Positions 39,681-48,612 of a stretch of DNA of 64,000 nucleotides are shown piece after piece. The translations under genes and the position numbers were made by a program. The notes below the pieces were generated by a model, which worked only from the letters and a program-made list of their open reading frames with translations, ran no database searches and was not told the DNA's origin. The number at the start of each line of letters is the position of its first letter. The stretch's first letter is position 1. Origin of the DNA: Candidatus Zambryskiibacteriota bacterium (GTDB lineage: Bacteria > Patescibacteriota > Minisyncoccia > Phycocordibacterales > WO2-35-19). The stretch covers positions 16,241-80,240 of the forward strand of contig JASNZL010000003.1 of assembly GCA_048499675.1 (NCBI GenBank), read 5' to 3'.

Positions 39681-40451
39681 TTAATTTATTATCACCTGTT
39701 TATCTGTTGTGTTGTCCCAAATTTCCCATTTTGAGAAATCAGGAATCATGTAAAAGGTTTCGCTTTCTTTGCCGCCAGAGTTTGCAACAGTTACATTTAT
39801 ATACATCACCTCCTTACCTCTAAGTGGAATTCCGGTACCCATATATACAAAAGTAGAGCCAGTAGTATTTTCAAGATTATATAAAATTGGCTTAGACCCA
39901 GTTGAATTTATTACTTCTAATCTCTGTATTGAACCAACCTTTCTAGTGTCATTTACAGTTGATTCTTTTATATTAAAAACAGCTTTTTTAATTACTATAT
40001 CGCGCGATGTATTAAATGGGAAAGTTATTTTGTTTGTATTTAAAATATAAGAAAAATTAAAATCAGAGAATTCATTATTTAGGTTTTCATTATTAAACTC
40101 ATTAGTTTTATTTGCTTTACAAATATCAAGACTAGAACTTAATGAATTTACTTTTTCCTTAAGTGAAGCATTTTCTTGAAAAAGAGTATTTATTTGTTTT
40201 TGTAATTCAGGATTATCAACAACTATTGTTTTTTCTATAATTTTTTCTTTAATAACCTCTTCTGTTTCTAATAATTTCCCACTATTATCAAAATTATTGT
40301 CATCCACATTGTCAATATTGTTGTTAGTTTCTTGAATAAAATTAGCACTATTTCTTTCAAACCACGAAAACGGATTCCACCAAGAGGCAAGTACTATGTG
40401 GGGCACAATAAACATCAATAAAAATACAACAATATATAATTTATTTCTCAT
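39681..40451 (-). CDS. Hypothetical secreted/membrane-anchored protein with a coiled-coil
   Basis: N-terminal TM helix, an Asn-rich linker, the coiled segment LQKQINTLFQENASLKEKVNSL, and a beta-rich C-terminus. Confidence 0.4.
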   Translation of the reverse strand: MRNKLYIVVFLLMFIVPHIVLASWWNPFSWFERNSANFIQETNNNIDNVDDNNFDNSGKLLETEEVIKEKIIEKTIVVDNPELQKQINTLFQENASLKEKVNSLSSSLDICKANKTNEFNNENLNNEFSDFNFSYILNTNKITFPFNTSRDIVIKKAVFNIKESTVNDTRKVGSIQRLEVINSTGSKPILYNLENTTGSTFVYMGTGIPLRGKEVMYINVTVANSGGKESETFYMIPDFSKWEIWDNTTDKQVIIN

Positions 40452-40731
40452 ATCATTTTATAATACTTAATACCCCCAGTATCCCACAATTTCCTTCAAA
40501 AATCCACATAACAAAATCATTCCACCGTGCCGTGGAATGATTGATTATCCCCGCCAATAACAGGTTGGGCATTCCCAATATTCATCAAATTTATAGGCCT
40601 TGGACTACTTTTTCATAACATTAAATTCCCTCTCCTTTTTCAATTCCAAAACCACACACAGGGTAGCCCTGTGCAATATCACCTTTCAATCTCTTCCCTA
40701 ATCATTCTCCCTTTTTGGAGAATGATTAATT

Positions 40732-41241
40732 TTATCCCAAAACCTCATTAATAAATTCGATTTTTTTGCGATAGTATTCTCGGTAATTTAGGCCGGCACA
40801 ACCATCTTTTAATTGCTTGTATCGTTCGAGTGCTTCTTTGTTTACCAATAGATATTTAAAAAAATTATCATTATCAATCCAGCTTTGGTGATATTTATTG
40901 GTGAGCATTATTTCAATTTTTGTTCCATCTATTTCTGCTAAAAATTTTGTTCGTTCAAGCGGGTAGACACTTTTTGGCTTGCCAAAAACTGCTTCCATTT
41001 TGGGTGTGTATTCCGCAATCTCATTTGGAGTAAGTGGGATGTATACATCAATCTCTCTCTGCCCTGAAATACCCAAACCCGAAGCACCTCTGTGGAGTAC
41101 TGTGACATCGCCGAGGACTGCTTGGATTTGTGATTTTATTTGTTCAAATTTTTTTGGAGCTTTTTCGTCATAAGGAAAAATCTCCACCACACCATCTGTA
41201 TTCAAATGATTAACCCATTTTTTTTGTTCTGGAGTAAGCAT
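40732..41241 (-). CDS. GrpB-family (nucleotidyltransferase-fold) protein
   Basis: GASGLGISGQREIDVYIPL and the C-terminal region fit GrpB/DUF (PF04229)-like proteins. Confidence 0.55.
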   Translation of the reverse strand: MLTPEQKKWVNHLNTDGVVEIFPYDEKAPKKFEQIKSQIQAVLGDVTVLHRGASGLGISGQREIDVYIPLTPNEIAEYTPKMEAVFGKPKSVYPLERTKFLAEIDGTKIEIMLTNKYHQSWIDNDNFFKYLLVNKEALERYKQLKDGCAGLNYREYYRKKIEFINEVLG

Positions 41242-41265
41242 AATATGAACTATATTTAAAAAGAT

Positions 41266-41889
41266 TTACTTATCACTACGAACAATCCATACCCTACCAA
41301 ATTTGGACCATCTTTTTATGACAATAGATTTGGGTAATTTCATATAATACCTGTCGCTGTCTAGAGCTTTCTCGTATTCCAAATCGGGGGCTTGGTGGCT
41401 ATCAAAAACATAAAAATTCGATTCGTCATATCCATAAACAAACATTACATGATCTAGAAGCCCTCCCATACCCAAAGAAATATCTACTCCTGTTGCGTAT
41501 CCGCGGTCTACCGATTGTTCAATCTCTTTTATTTTATTTTCTACATTTGAAATATTTGGTATGAATAATGCAAGAATAAAACTGAAGAAAGAATTTATAT
41601 CTCTATTATTAATAGTCAGTTTTAGTTTTAAACTTGAAAGGAGCTTTGGTAAATATAAAAATTGTAGCCCTGTCCACATGAGCCACTCTGGAACTCTAGG
41701 CCCCAATACTTTGTTTTTCTCTAATTGCACCGCGTTTAGAGCGTTCCCGTTGTAACTTTCGGGATAATAGTAATTGAGAGCGTAATAAATAAAATCTCTT
41801 CCACATCGATTTTTTACCAATTTTCCATCTATTCCAATTTCTCTTTGCACAAAACTAAACTCGTCTATGTTTCTATTTAGTGTTTTCAT
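41266..41889 (-). CDS. Hypothetical protein (possible papain/C39-like peptidase fold)
   Basis: 207 aa with Cys/His candidates (RCGRDFIYYA...HVMFVYGYDESNFYVFDSHQ). Weak call. Confidence 0.3.
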   Translation of the reverse strand: MKTLNRNIDEFSFVQREIGIDGKLVKNRCGRDFIYYALNYYYPESYNGNALNAVQLEKNKVLGPRVPEWLMWTGLQFLYLPKLLSSLKLKLTINNRDINSFFSFILALFIPNISNVENKIKEIEQSVDRGYATGVDISLGMGGLLDHVMFVYGYDESNFYVFDSHQAPDLEYEKALDSDRYYMKLPKSIVIKRWSKFGRVWIVRSDK

Positions 41890-41908
41890 TTTTTATTCCA
41901 ATTTTGAA

Positions 41909-42682
41909 TTATAGTTTCTTTCCAATGTAGAATACATATCCGTAAAATTCTTTGTATTTATTATACAGTTTCGCTTCTTTCTTTTCATTGGCGACTAAGT
42001 CTTCTGCAGTTTTGTTGTCTTTATATTTTTTTAAAAACTTTTGTTGCGCAATGATTTGAGGTTTGTAAAAATTATCTATCCAACAATACTCAGGCAGAAT
42101 AAAAGTGGCAACTGGAACATAACCAACTTTTTGCATAATAGAAACTTTGTTTGCAATAGTGTCAATTTGCGGATAAGCACTATTCCAAAAATCGTCAATT
42201 TCTTTTGGTCGTTTTTCGGTAAACCACGATGCCTCAGAGATTGCGACGTACCCACCCTTCTTTAGAAATCTTTTCCATTTTTCTAAACCTTTTTGAAAAC
42301 CAATGTTATAAATTGAACCTTCGGACCAAATTAAATCTAGTTCCTTGTTTTTGAAAGGTAAATTATCCATTGAGCCAACAATTCCCTTAACTCTTTTTTG
42401 GAGTCCAAGTTTTTTTGCATTGGAGTTTAACTTTTCTATAAACTCAGGAAACAAATCAATCGCCGTTATTTGTCCTTTCGTGTTTTTTGCCAGCGTCATT
42501 GTTGGTGCACCAGTTCCACACCCGATATCAGCAATTTTTGATTTGTTATTTAGTCCGTCAATAAAACTTAATGCCTTGAGGGTGGTCTCGGGGCTCCCTG
42601 GTCCTTGTTGCTTTACACCACAAAAATACTCACATATAAGTTTAAAATCAAAGTCGTGTATTGTTTTATCTTCTTCAGACAT
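41909..42682 (-). CDS. Class I SAM-dependent methyltransferase
   Basis: Motif [17 protein letters not shown] and motif post-[12 protein letters not shown]. Confidence 0.75.
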   Translation of the reverse strand: MSEEDKTIHDFDFKLICEYFCGVKQQGPGSPETTLKALSFIDGLNNKSKIADIGCGTGAPTMTLAKNTKGQITAIDLFPEFIEKLNSNAKKLGLQKRVKGIVGSMDNLPFKNKELDLIWSEGSIYNIGFQKGLEKWKRFLKKGGYVAISEASWFTEKRPKEIDDFWNSAYPQIDTIANKVSIMQKVGYVPVATFILPEYCWIDNFYKPQIIAQQKFLKKYKDNKTAEDLVANEKKEAKLYNKYKEFYGYVFYIGKKL

Positions 42683-42712
42683 ATTTATTTTATATCTTGA
42701 TTATTAATTCTG

Positions 42713-42731
42713 GCGGAGGGTAAGAGATTCG
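42713..42731 (-). repeat. Degenerate partial copy of the tRNA-Ser 3' end (acceptor 3' strand ...CTTACCCTCCGCCA), probable att-site scar
   Basis: On the minus strand it reads accgaatctcttaccctccgcca. It shares 18 of 19 nt with the copy at 42866-42884 (one C/T difference). Confidence 0.5.
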
Positions 42732-42865
42732 GTCACACATAATTTACTGCTGAAAATTTGTGCTACCCCGCCTCGCGCCGTCGCGCTCCGGCCTTCTCAT
42801 CTCTTCTTCCTCACGCAATGATGGTCCACGCGAATAGCTATTCAAAGCTATCCTTGCGGATCATT

Positions 42866-42884
42866 GCGGAGGGTAAGAAATTCG
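42866..42884 (-). repeat. Partial duplicate of the tRNA-Ser T-arm and acceptor 3' half
   Basis: On the minus strand it reads caagagttcgaatttcttaccctccgcaatg, against tRNA-Ser gcaggttcgaatcctgtctcctccgcaatg. It lies immediately 3' of the intact tRNA. Confidence 0.5.
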
Positions 42885-42928
42885 AACTCTTGGTGGGTTT
42901 CCCCACGGCCACTTTCTCCCGCACATTG

Positions 42929-43013
42929 CGGAGGAGACAGGATTCGAACCTGCGGTACCTTGCGGTACACCCGCTTTCCAAGCGAGCGCATTCGACCGCT
43001 CTGCCACTCCTCC
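42929..43013 (-). tRNA. tRNA-Ser (anticodon GGA), type II with long variable arm
   Basis: Hand-folded. Acceptor ggaggag/ctcctcc, 3-bp D stem, anticodon arm ctcgc-ttGGAaa-gcggg, variable hairpin tacc-gcaa-ggta, T arm gcagg-ttcgaat-cctgt, discriminator G. Confidence 0.85.
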
Positions 43014-43142
43014 GTAATATGAGGGATTGCAATTTACATTACAATCACTTCGCTCTTGTGTAAATTGGGAACAATCTCCCGCACTATAACCCTACCTGAC
43101 GGCAGGCAGGGCTATGCGAACCCTCCATTATAAACCAAAACT

Positions 43143-44021
43143 TTAAGCCATCCCTCGAAGCCTCTTTATCCTTTCTTCTGTCGGTGGATGTGTACTCCAA
43201 AGATTGCTCATCTTTTTTGTTGCACCAAATGGACTTGCGATAAACATATGAGCGGTAGCATTGTGAGCATTTCGGAGCGGCGACTGATAAGAAGAAATTT
43301 TTTCAAGAGCGCCTGCCAAACCTTCTGGGTATCGTGTGAGGAGGGCAGCGGAAGCGTCTGCCAAATATTCTCTTCTTCTAGAAATTGCTAGTTTTATAAA
43401 TGTCGCAATAATTGGGGAGAGTATAACAAGAACAATACCGACTATCATTATGATTCCACCTGCTTTTCCATCTCTTCTACCTCCTCCAAGTGAGCTTCTC
43501 AAAAAGAAATCTGCCATTATAGCAACGAGTCCAACAAGCACAACAACAACACTCATTAGCAAAATGTCTCTGTTGCCTATATGAGCCAATTCATGCGCAA
43601 CAACTCCTTCGAGTTCCGCCCTGTCTAATCTCTCCAAAAGTCCAGTTGTCACCGCCACAACGGCATGGTTTTTGTCTCGTCCTGTTGCAAATGCGTTCGG
43701 TGCCGGATCATCAATTACATATATTTTTGGCATTGGAAGACCGGATGCGATAGATAAGTTTTCTGTTAAAGTATAAAAATCAAAATATTCTTCCCTCTTT
43801 GCTTCTCGAGCTTTTGCAATACTCAAAACTATTTTGTCAGAATGCCAATAACTAACAAAATTCATTACTAGACTCAAAATTATTGCAAAATAAAAAATAT
43901 TCGCATTCCCATAATACATAGAAAAGAAATACCCAAGAGCTCCAACCAAAACAAAAAAGACGCTCATAAGAGCATATGTTTTCCAGACATTCTCGCTTTG
44001 ATGCGTATACATTGTTGCCAT
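43143..44021 (-). CDS. htpX: Zinc metalloprotease HtpX (M48)
   Basis: Two TM helices, then HELAHIGNRD (HExxH) and the downstream E of the M48 family. Confidence 0.85.
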   Translation of the reverse strand: MATMYTHQSENVWKTYALMSVFFVLVGALGYFFSMYYGNANIFYFAIILSLVMNFVSYWHSDKIVLSIAKAREAKREEYFDFYTLTENLSIASGLPMPKIYVIDDPAPNAFATGRDKNHAVVAVTTGLLERLDRAELEGVVAHELAHIGNRDILLMSVVVVLVGLVAIMADFFLRSSLGGGRRDGKAGGIIMIVGIVLVILSPIIATFIKLAISRRREYLADASAALLTRYPEGLAGALEKISSYQSPLRNAHNATAHMFIASPFGATKKMSNLWSTHPPTEERIKRLRGMA

Positions 44022-44154
44022 AACAAAACTATATCATATAAAAAAACTTTTATAAACTATTATTTTAAGGCGTTTTTTACAAATACACAGCTTATCAAGT
44101 ATTTTAATTTTTAGACTTTTTGTTGCTATACTATTATTTGCATATATAAATAAT

Positions 44155-45549
44155 ATGAATGAACAAAAGAAAAGCCACATAAGAGTTCCTCCCCACAATA
44201 CAGAAGCAGAAAGAGCGTTGCTTGGATCCATAATGCTTAGACCAGAGGTTTTGTTTGAGGTATCAGATATCGTATTTCCGCAATCCTTTTATTCTGAAAA
44301 ACACAAAATAATTTTCGAGACAATGATTGACTTGTTTTCTAGAAGGAATCCAACTGACATGCTTTCTGTTTCTGCAAAACTCAAAGACAAGAAAGTAAGC
44401 GATGGGACGATGCTAGATGAAATTGGTGGAAACACCTATTTAAGTGAGCTTGTAAACTCAGTTCCCAGTGCATCAAACGCACAGTACTACGCCCAAATAA
44501 TTCAAAAGAAATTTATTGCCAGAAATTTGATTAGTGCATCTGATTTTATTTCGTCTATTGGCTATGATGAGACCCAAGAATTAGAAGAGATTTTGGATCA
44601 GGCCCAAAAAAGAATTTACGAAGTTACAAATATATCAAGTATTCACAAATTTGTTGATCTAAAAGATGAGCTCACCGAAGCGTGGGAAAGACTCGACAAA
44701 CTCCACAATTCTGGAGATGGTCTCAGGGGAGTTCCTTCTGGTTTTGCAGATATAGACAACAAATTATCTGGCTTTCAAAAATCTGATTTGATTATACTTG
44801 CCGCTCGGCCTTCTGTTGGTAAGACTGCATTTGCTCTTGATATTGCAAGACAAGCTGCCGTAGAACACAATGTTCCTGTTGGAATTTTTTCTCTTGAAAT
44901 GAGTTCACAACAATTGGTAGACAGAATGCTTGCTTCTCAGGCAAGTGTTGATGCCTGGAAACTGCGTACTGGTAGAGGCATCAAGGAAGATGATTTTACT
45001 GCCATCAGGCAATCGCTAGATGTCCTGTCAAAAGCACCAATTTTTATTGACGACCAACCCGGAAATAACATATTAAAAATGCGTTCAGTTGCAAGACGAC
45101 TAAAAAATGAGAAGGGTCTAGGCCTTATCATTGTTGATTACTTGCAACTAATGACCACGACCAAGAATTATGATTCTATGGTTAACCAAGTGACCGAGAT
45201 TTCTAGATCGCTCAAAAATTTGGCACGTGAGCTTGAGGTACCAGTACTTGCTCTTTCTCAGTTGTCTCGTGCTGTTGAACAAAGAGGTGGAAAACCAAAA
45301 CTTTCTGACCTAAGGGATTCTGGTTCTATCGAACAGGATGCTGATGTTGTTATGTTTATTCACAGAGAAGACAAATCAAAAGGTGTAGAAGAGGCTGAAA
45401 AGACAAACATTGCAGAGATTTTGATTGAGAAACATCGAAATGGCGCAACTGGCAAGGTAGAACTCTTCTTTAACGAAAAGAAGGCAACATTTCAGTCATT
45501 AGAAAAAGCTGAGTTTAGTGGCGCAGAGGCCGAGTTTCGCGACTTTTAA
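44155..45549 (+). CDS. dnaB: Replicative DNA helicase
   Basis: DnaB N-terminal domain (PPHNTEAERALLGSIM) and a RecA-like C-terminal domain with Walker A AARPSVGKTAF, Walker B LIIVDYLQL and an arginine finger. Confidence 0.95.
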   Translation: MNEQKKSHIRVPPHNTEAERALLGSIMLRPEVLFEVSDIVFPQSFYSEKHKIIFETMIDLFSRRNPTDMLSVSAKLKDKKVSDGTMLDEIGGNTYLSELVNSVPSASNAQYYAQIIQKKFIARNLISASDFISSIGYDETQELEEILDQAQKRIYEVTNISSIHKFVDLKDELTEAWERLDKLHNSGDGLRGVPSGFADIDNKLSGFQKSDLIILAARPSVGKTAFALDIARQAAVEHNVPVGIFSLEMSSQQLVDRMLASQASVDAWKLRTGRGIKEDDFTAIRQSLDVLSKAPIFIDDQPGNNILKMRSVARRLKNEKGLGLIIVDYLQLMTTTKNYDSMVNQVTEISRSLKNLARELEVPVLALSQLSRAVEQRGGKPKLSDLRDSGSIEQDADVVMFIHREDKSKGVEEAEKTNIAEILIEKHRNGATGKVELFFNEKKATFQSLEKAEFSGAEAEFRDF

Positions 45550-45624
45550 GATACGAAGTAACGAATGAGCTGCGAATAGCTACGAAAATACGAAGTAAAA
45601 AAGGGATTCAAATTATATAAATAG

Positions 45625-46026
45625 TTGATATTAATGGAAACAAAAAAAGGACAGAGGGTAAGCAGAAAAGTTATTTATCCTGATCTTTCTTATATTATTG
45701 TGGGAATACTTTTTGAAGTCCACAAGGAACTGGGGGAATACGCTAGAGAGAAGCAGTACGGTGATTTGATTGAAATGAAATTAAAAGAAAAAAATATTTT
45801 GTATATTCGCGAATTATCGATTGGAGGCACTGGAAATATTTTAGATTTTTTAATTGAAGATAAGATTATTTTAGAATTAAAATCTGTCAGAGAAATTAAT
45901 AAGGAATATTACCGTCAATTACAGAATTATCTCCAGCAAACAAATAAAAAATTAGGATTGTTGGTCAATTTCCGCACGTCTCACTTACGACCAATAAGAG
46001 TCTTAAAAATAGACAGTAAAAAATGA
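45625..46026 (+). CDS. GxxExxY family protein (PD-(D/E)xK-like)
   Basis: [24 protein letters not shown]...[15 protein letters not shown]...LGLLVNF matches the GxxExxY family consensus. Confidence 0.65.
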   Translation: MILMETKKGQRVSRKVIYPDLSYIIVGILFEVHKELGEYAREKQYGDLIEMKLKEKNILYIRELSIGGTGNILDFLIEDKIILELKSVREINKEYYRQLQNYLQQTNKKLGLLVNFRTSHLRPIRVLKIDSKK

Positions 46027-46166
46027 GCTTGTATTTTATGCTTTTTTGGAAGAAATCAAAAAGAAAGCACGCTTATATTTTTTACTTTTTATGATTTATA
46101 AGTTAGATTTTATACATTCGAATTATTATTTGTAGTCATTCGTAACCTATTCGTTATTTCGTATAT

Positions 46167-46796
46167 ATGAATTCTATAGAAAAATTAACACAAATATTTT
46201 CGGAGTTTCCAGGGATTGGACCAAGGCAGGCCAGAAGGTTTGTCTATTATCTACTTACCCGAAACACAGGAATTTTGGAGGAACTCTCAAAAAATATTCT
46301 AGATTTAAAAAAACAAGTTGCAGTTTGCGCCGAGTGTATGAGTTTTTATGAAAAAAAGCACGATAAGAGTAATACTTGCAAAGTCTGTAGTGACCACACC
46401 AGAGAACGAGCTACAGTAATGATTGTTCAAAGAGATGTTGATATGACATCAATAGAAAAAAATGGCAATTTTAATGGAGTGTATTTTGTGTTAGGTGGCT
46501 CAGTGCCAATACTAGAGAAAGAGCCAGAAAAGAAGATTAGACTTTTGGAATTTAAGAATTTTATTTTGAATAAAAATAAAGAAGGGTTAAGTGAAGTAAT
46601 CCTCGGAATGAACTGGAATCCTGAGGGTGAGAATACAGCGCAATTTATTGAGAATTTTTTGAATAAAACATTAGAAAAAGAAATTCAATCTAAAAAAGTT
46701 AAAATCTCACATTTAGGCAAAGGTCTTTCGATGGGCACGGAGATTGAGTATATTGATCCGGATACTTTAAGAAATGCACTAAAGAATAGAAATTAG
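46167..46796 (+). CDS. recR: Recombination protein RecR
   Basis: N-terminal HhH (FPGIGPRQARRFVYYLL), a C4 zinc finger (CAEC...CKVC), and a Toprim domain. Confidence 0.9.
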   Translation: MNSIEKLTQIFSEFPGIGPRQARRFVYYLLTRNTGILEELSKNILDLKKQVAVCAECMSFYEKKHDKSNTCKVCSDHTRERATVMIVQRDVDMTSIEKNGNFNGVYFVLGGSVPILEKEPEKKIRLLEFKNFILNKNKEGLSEVILGMNWNPEGENTAQFIENFLNKTLEKEIQSKKVKISHLGKGLSMGTEIEYIDPDTLRNALKNRN

Positions 46797-47019
46797 AACG
46801 CGACACCAATTTTGAAAACGAGGTACGAGTTACGAAGTACGAGATACGAGGGGGATTAGTTAAAAAGTTCATAAAGACGCAAGTTAGAAAGTAAAACCTA
46901 CTAATCACTCAATTTATTACACGAATAAGAAAGGATATACGAAGTACGAGTTACGAGTAACGATAGAGTTTTAAATTAAAAATTCTAAATTAAAAAGTAA
47001 CCCACTAATGACACGAATT
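46797..47019 (-). repeat. Right copy of the near-identical 224-bp inverted repeat (heptamer-array element)
   Basis: The reverse complement matches 23952-24175 with about 3 mismatches. It starts at the first base after the recR stop codon. Confidence 0.85.
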
Positions 47020-47146
47020 TGAAAACGAAGTATGAGAACGAAGTACGAGGTACATCAAAATTCTAAATTAAAAATTCTAAATTATAAATTTTAATTAGGC
47101 ATGGTGATTATTAGAATAATTAGTATAATTAGAGTAATTAGAAATT

Positions 47147-47737
47147 ATGAAAGTATATCCTTATATCCTAATAATTGGCTCGGCAATCGGTCTAATTGCA
47201 TCGTTTGGTTTGATGCTGGACACAATCAAATTGTTTGAGAACCCTGACGCAATTTTGCTATGCAATGTAAATCCTTTTATAAGCTGTAGTTCTGTAATTG
47301 ACACCTGGCAAGGCTATGTTTTTGGATTCCCTAATCCTCTCCTTGGAATCATCGCTTTTTCAATGTTACTTGCTGTAGGAGTTATGCTTTTTTCAGGTGG
47401 AAGAGCCAAAAAACCACTTTGGCTTTTGGTAAATCTAGGCACTTTGGCTTCTGTATTTTTTGTAGTCTGGTTTATATACGAAAGTATTTGGAACTTAGGC
47501 ACAATTTGTCTCTATTGTTTAACTACGTGGATTGTAACGTGGCCAATTTTTCTCTATACAACAGTTTGGAATTACAGAGAGAATCATTTTAAATTTGAAA
47601 AACTAAAATCAAAATGCCAAGGCAAAATTGATACAATAGGTAAAAATATTTCTGACAATCATATACACTATCTTTCTGCTTGGTACTTTTTAATTATCGT
47701 CTTGATATTGTTTAAATTTAAAGAATACATTTTCTAA
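47147..47737 (+). CDS. Vitamin K epoxide reductase (VKOR)-family membrane protein
   Basis: Multi-pass membrane protein with the CxxC active site (CLYC), an upstream Cys pair (CNVNPFISC) and a TWIVTW segment, as in VKOR homologs. Confidence 0.55.
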   Translation: MKVYPYILIIGSAIGLIASFGLMLDTIKLFENPDAILLCNVNPFISCSSVIDTWQGYVFGFPNPLLGIIAFSMLLAVGVMLFSGGRAKKPLWLLVNLGTLASVFFVVWFIYESIWNLGTICLYCLTTWIVTWPIFLYTTVWNYRENHFKFEKLKSKCQGKIDTIGKNISDNHIHYLSAWYFLIIVLILFKFKEYIF

Positions 47738-47745
47738 TTCTAAAC

Positions 47746-47770
47746 AAAAAACTCCTTATGGAGTTTTTTG
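47746..47770. terminator. Bidirectional terminator between the VKOR gene and rplU
   Basis: aaaaaactcc-ttat-ggagtttttt. Confidence 0.55.
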
Positions 47771-47771
47771 T

Positions 47772-48209
47772 TTAGCTTATTTTGTCAATTTTTACTTTAA
47801 AAAATGGTTGCCTGTGTCCGTTCTTTTTGAAATATCTGCTTTTTTGTTTGTATTTTATTACTGTAACTTTTGGATTTCTTCCTATTTCTTCCAACACCCC
47901 GACAACTTTTGAACCTTCTAGGTAGGGAGTTCCAACTTCTGTTAAATCTTTACCATTGTCAAACAAAACTACTTTATCAAATGTTACCAAATCTCCCTCT
48001 TTAAGTTCTTGTGTTGTGGATTTGATTTTTTCTATTTTTATTGAGTCACCAACAGAAACTTTGTATTGTTTTCCACCAGTTTCAATCACAGCAAATTCCC
48101 CGCTTTTTGGAGCATCTTTAGATTCTTTCTTTTTTGGTGCCTTTTTCGCTGTTTTTGTGGTTTTTTCCATAACAGGTATTACTTTACAGGATTTCGCCTT
48201 TTTTTGCAA
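47772..48209 (-). CDS. rplU: 50S ribosomal protein L21 with a Lys-rich N-terminal extension
   Basis: FAVIETGGKQYKVSVGDSIKIEKI...GDLVTFDKVVLF...KVTVIKYKQKSRYFKKNGHRQPFFKVKI matches the bL21 core. Confidence 0.75.
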   Translation of the reverse strand: MQKKAKSCKVIPVMEKTTKTAKKAPKKKESKDAPKSGEFAVIETGGKQYKVSVGDSIKIEKIKSTTQELKEGDLVTFDKVVLFDNGKDLTEVGTPYLEGSKVVGVLEEIGRNPKVTVIKYKQKSRYFKKNGHRQPFFKVKIDKIS

Positions 48210-48213
48210 TAGG

Positions 48214-48241
48214 TTGACACATCCCCTTTTAAATGTATACT
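48214..48241 (+). promoter_or_regulatory. Sigma70-like promoter (TTGACA-16-TATACT) reading away from rplU
   Basis: -35 at 48214-48219 and -10 at 48236-48241. Confidence 0.4.
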
Positions 48242-48247
48242 CAAAAT

Positions 48248-48595
48248 AGGAATCAGCTCGTTGAGTTCAAGAGATTTGAGAAGGATATCCCGTGTTTTAC
48301 GCGGAATCAGGTATTTTTCTCAAATGAACAGCAGGTTAGGATTTAGTCCTGACAAATGCCCCGTACCCGGGCCGTCTTGAATTGTTCCAGTACAATTCTT
48401 GAATGAAGCTCGCCTCAAAAGCGAGAAAACCACCAAAATACTGGGTCTTGACCACCCTCTCCAAGGTTGGGTGGTGGGGTACAGCAGTCTTGCCCGAGCT
48501 TGTCTTTCTGTCAGGTCTTGACCACCTTCTCAAAGGTTGGGACGGAATAACCGTCTTGAATGAAAGTTCAGGCGGTTTTTTGTTTAGTTTATTTT
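48248..48595 (+). ncRNA. Candidate about 340-nt GC-rich structured RNA of unknown class, containing a twice-repeated gtcttgaccacc.tct..aaggttggg module
   Basis: Promoter upstream and a T6 run at 48587-48592. GC-rich in an AT-rich genome. Antisense-oriented to both flanking genes. The only ORF is a spurious 65-aa one. Five copies of the gtcttg motif. Confidence 0.35.
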
Positions 48596-48612
48596 ATAAA
48601 TGATATGGTTTT

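Noticed and set aside
40452-40731. Intergenic stretch with several hairpins, considered as another ncRNA
   Set aside because: No promoter or terminator pair and no repeat partner elsewhere. Support is insufficient.
42845-42900. A second intact tRNA next to tRNA-Ser
   Set aside because: Only a T-arm-like segment and a 3' acceptor strand can be folded, with no anticodon arm or 5' acceptor. It is a partial duplicate, not a gene.
23952-47019. The inverted-repeat-bounded 22.6 kb as a composite transposon
   Set aside because: It contains essential genes (dnaB, recR, htpX, tRNA-Ser) and no transposase. It is more consistent with an invertible or recombining chromosomal segment.
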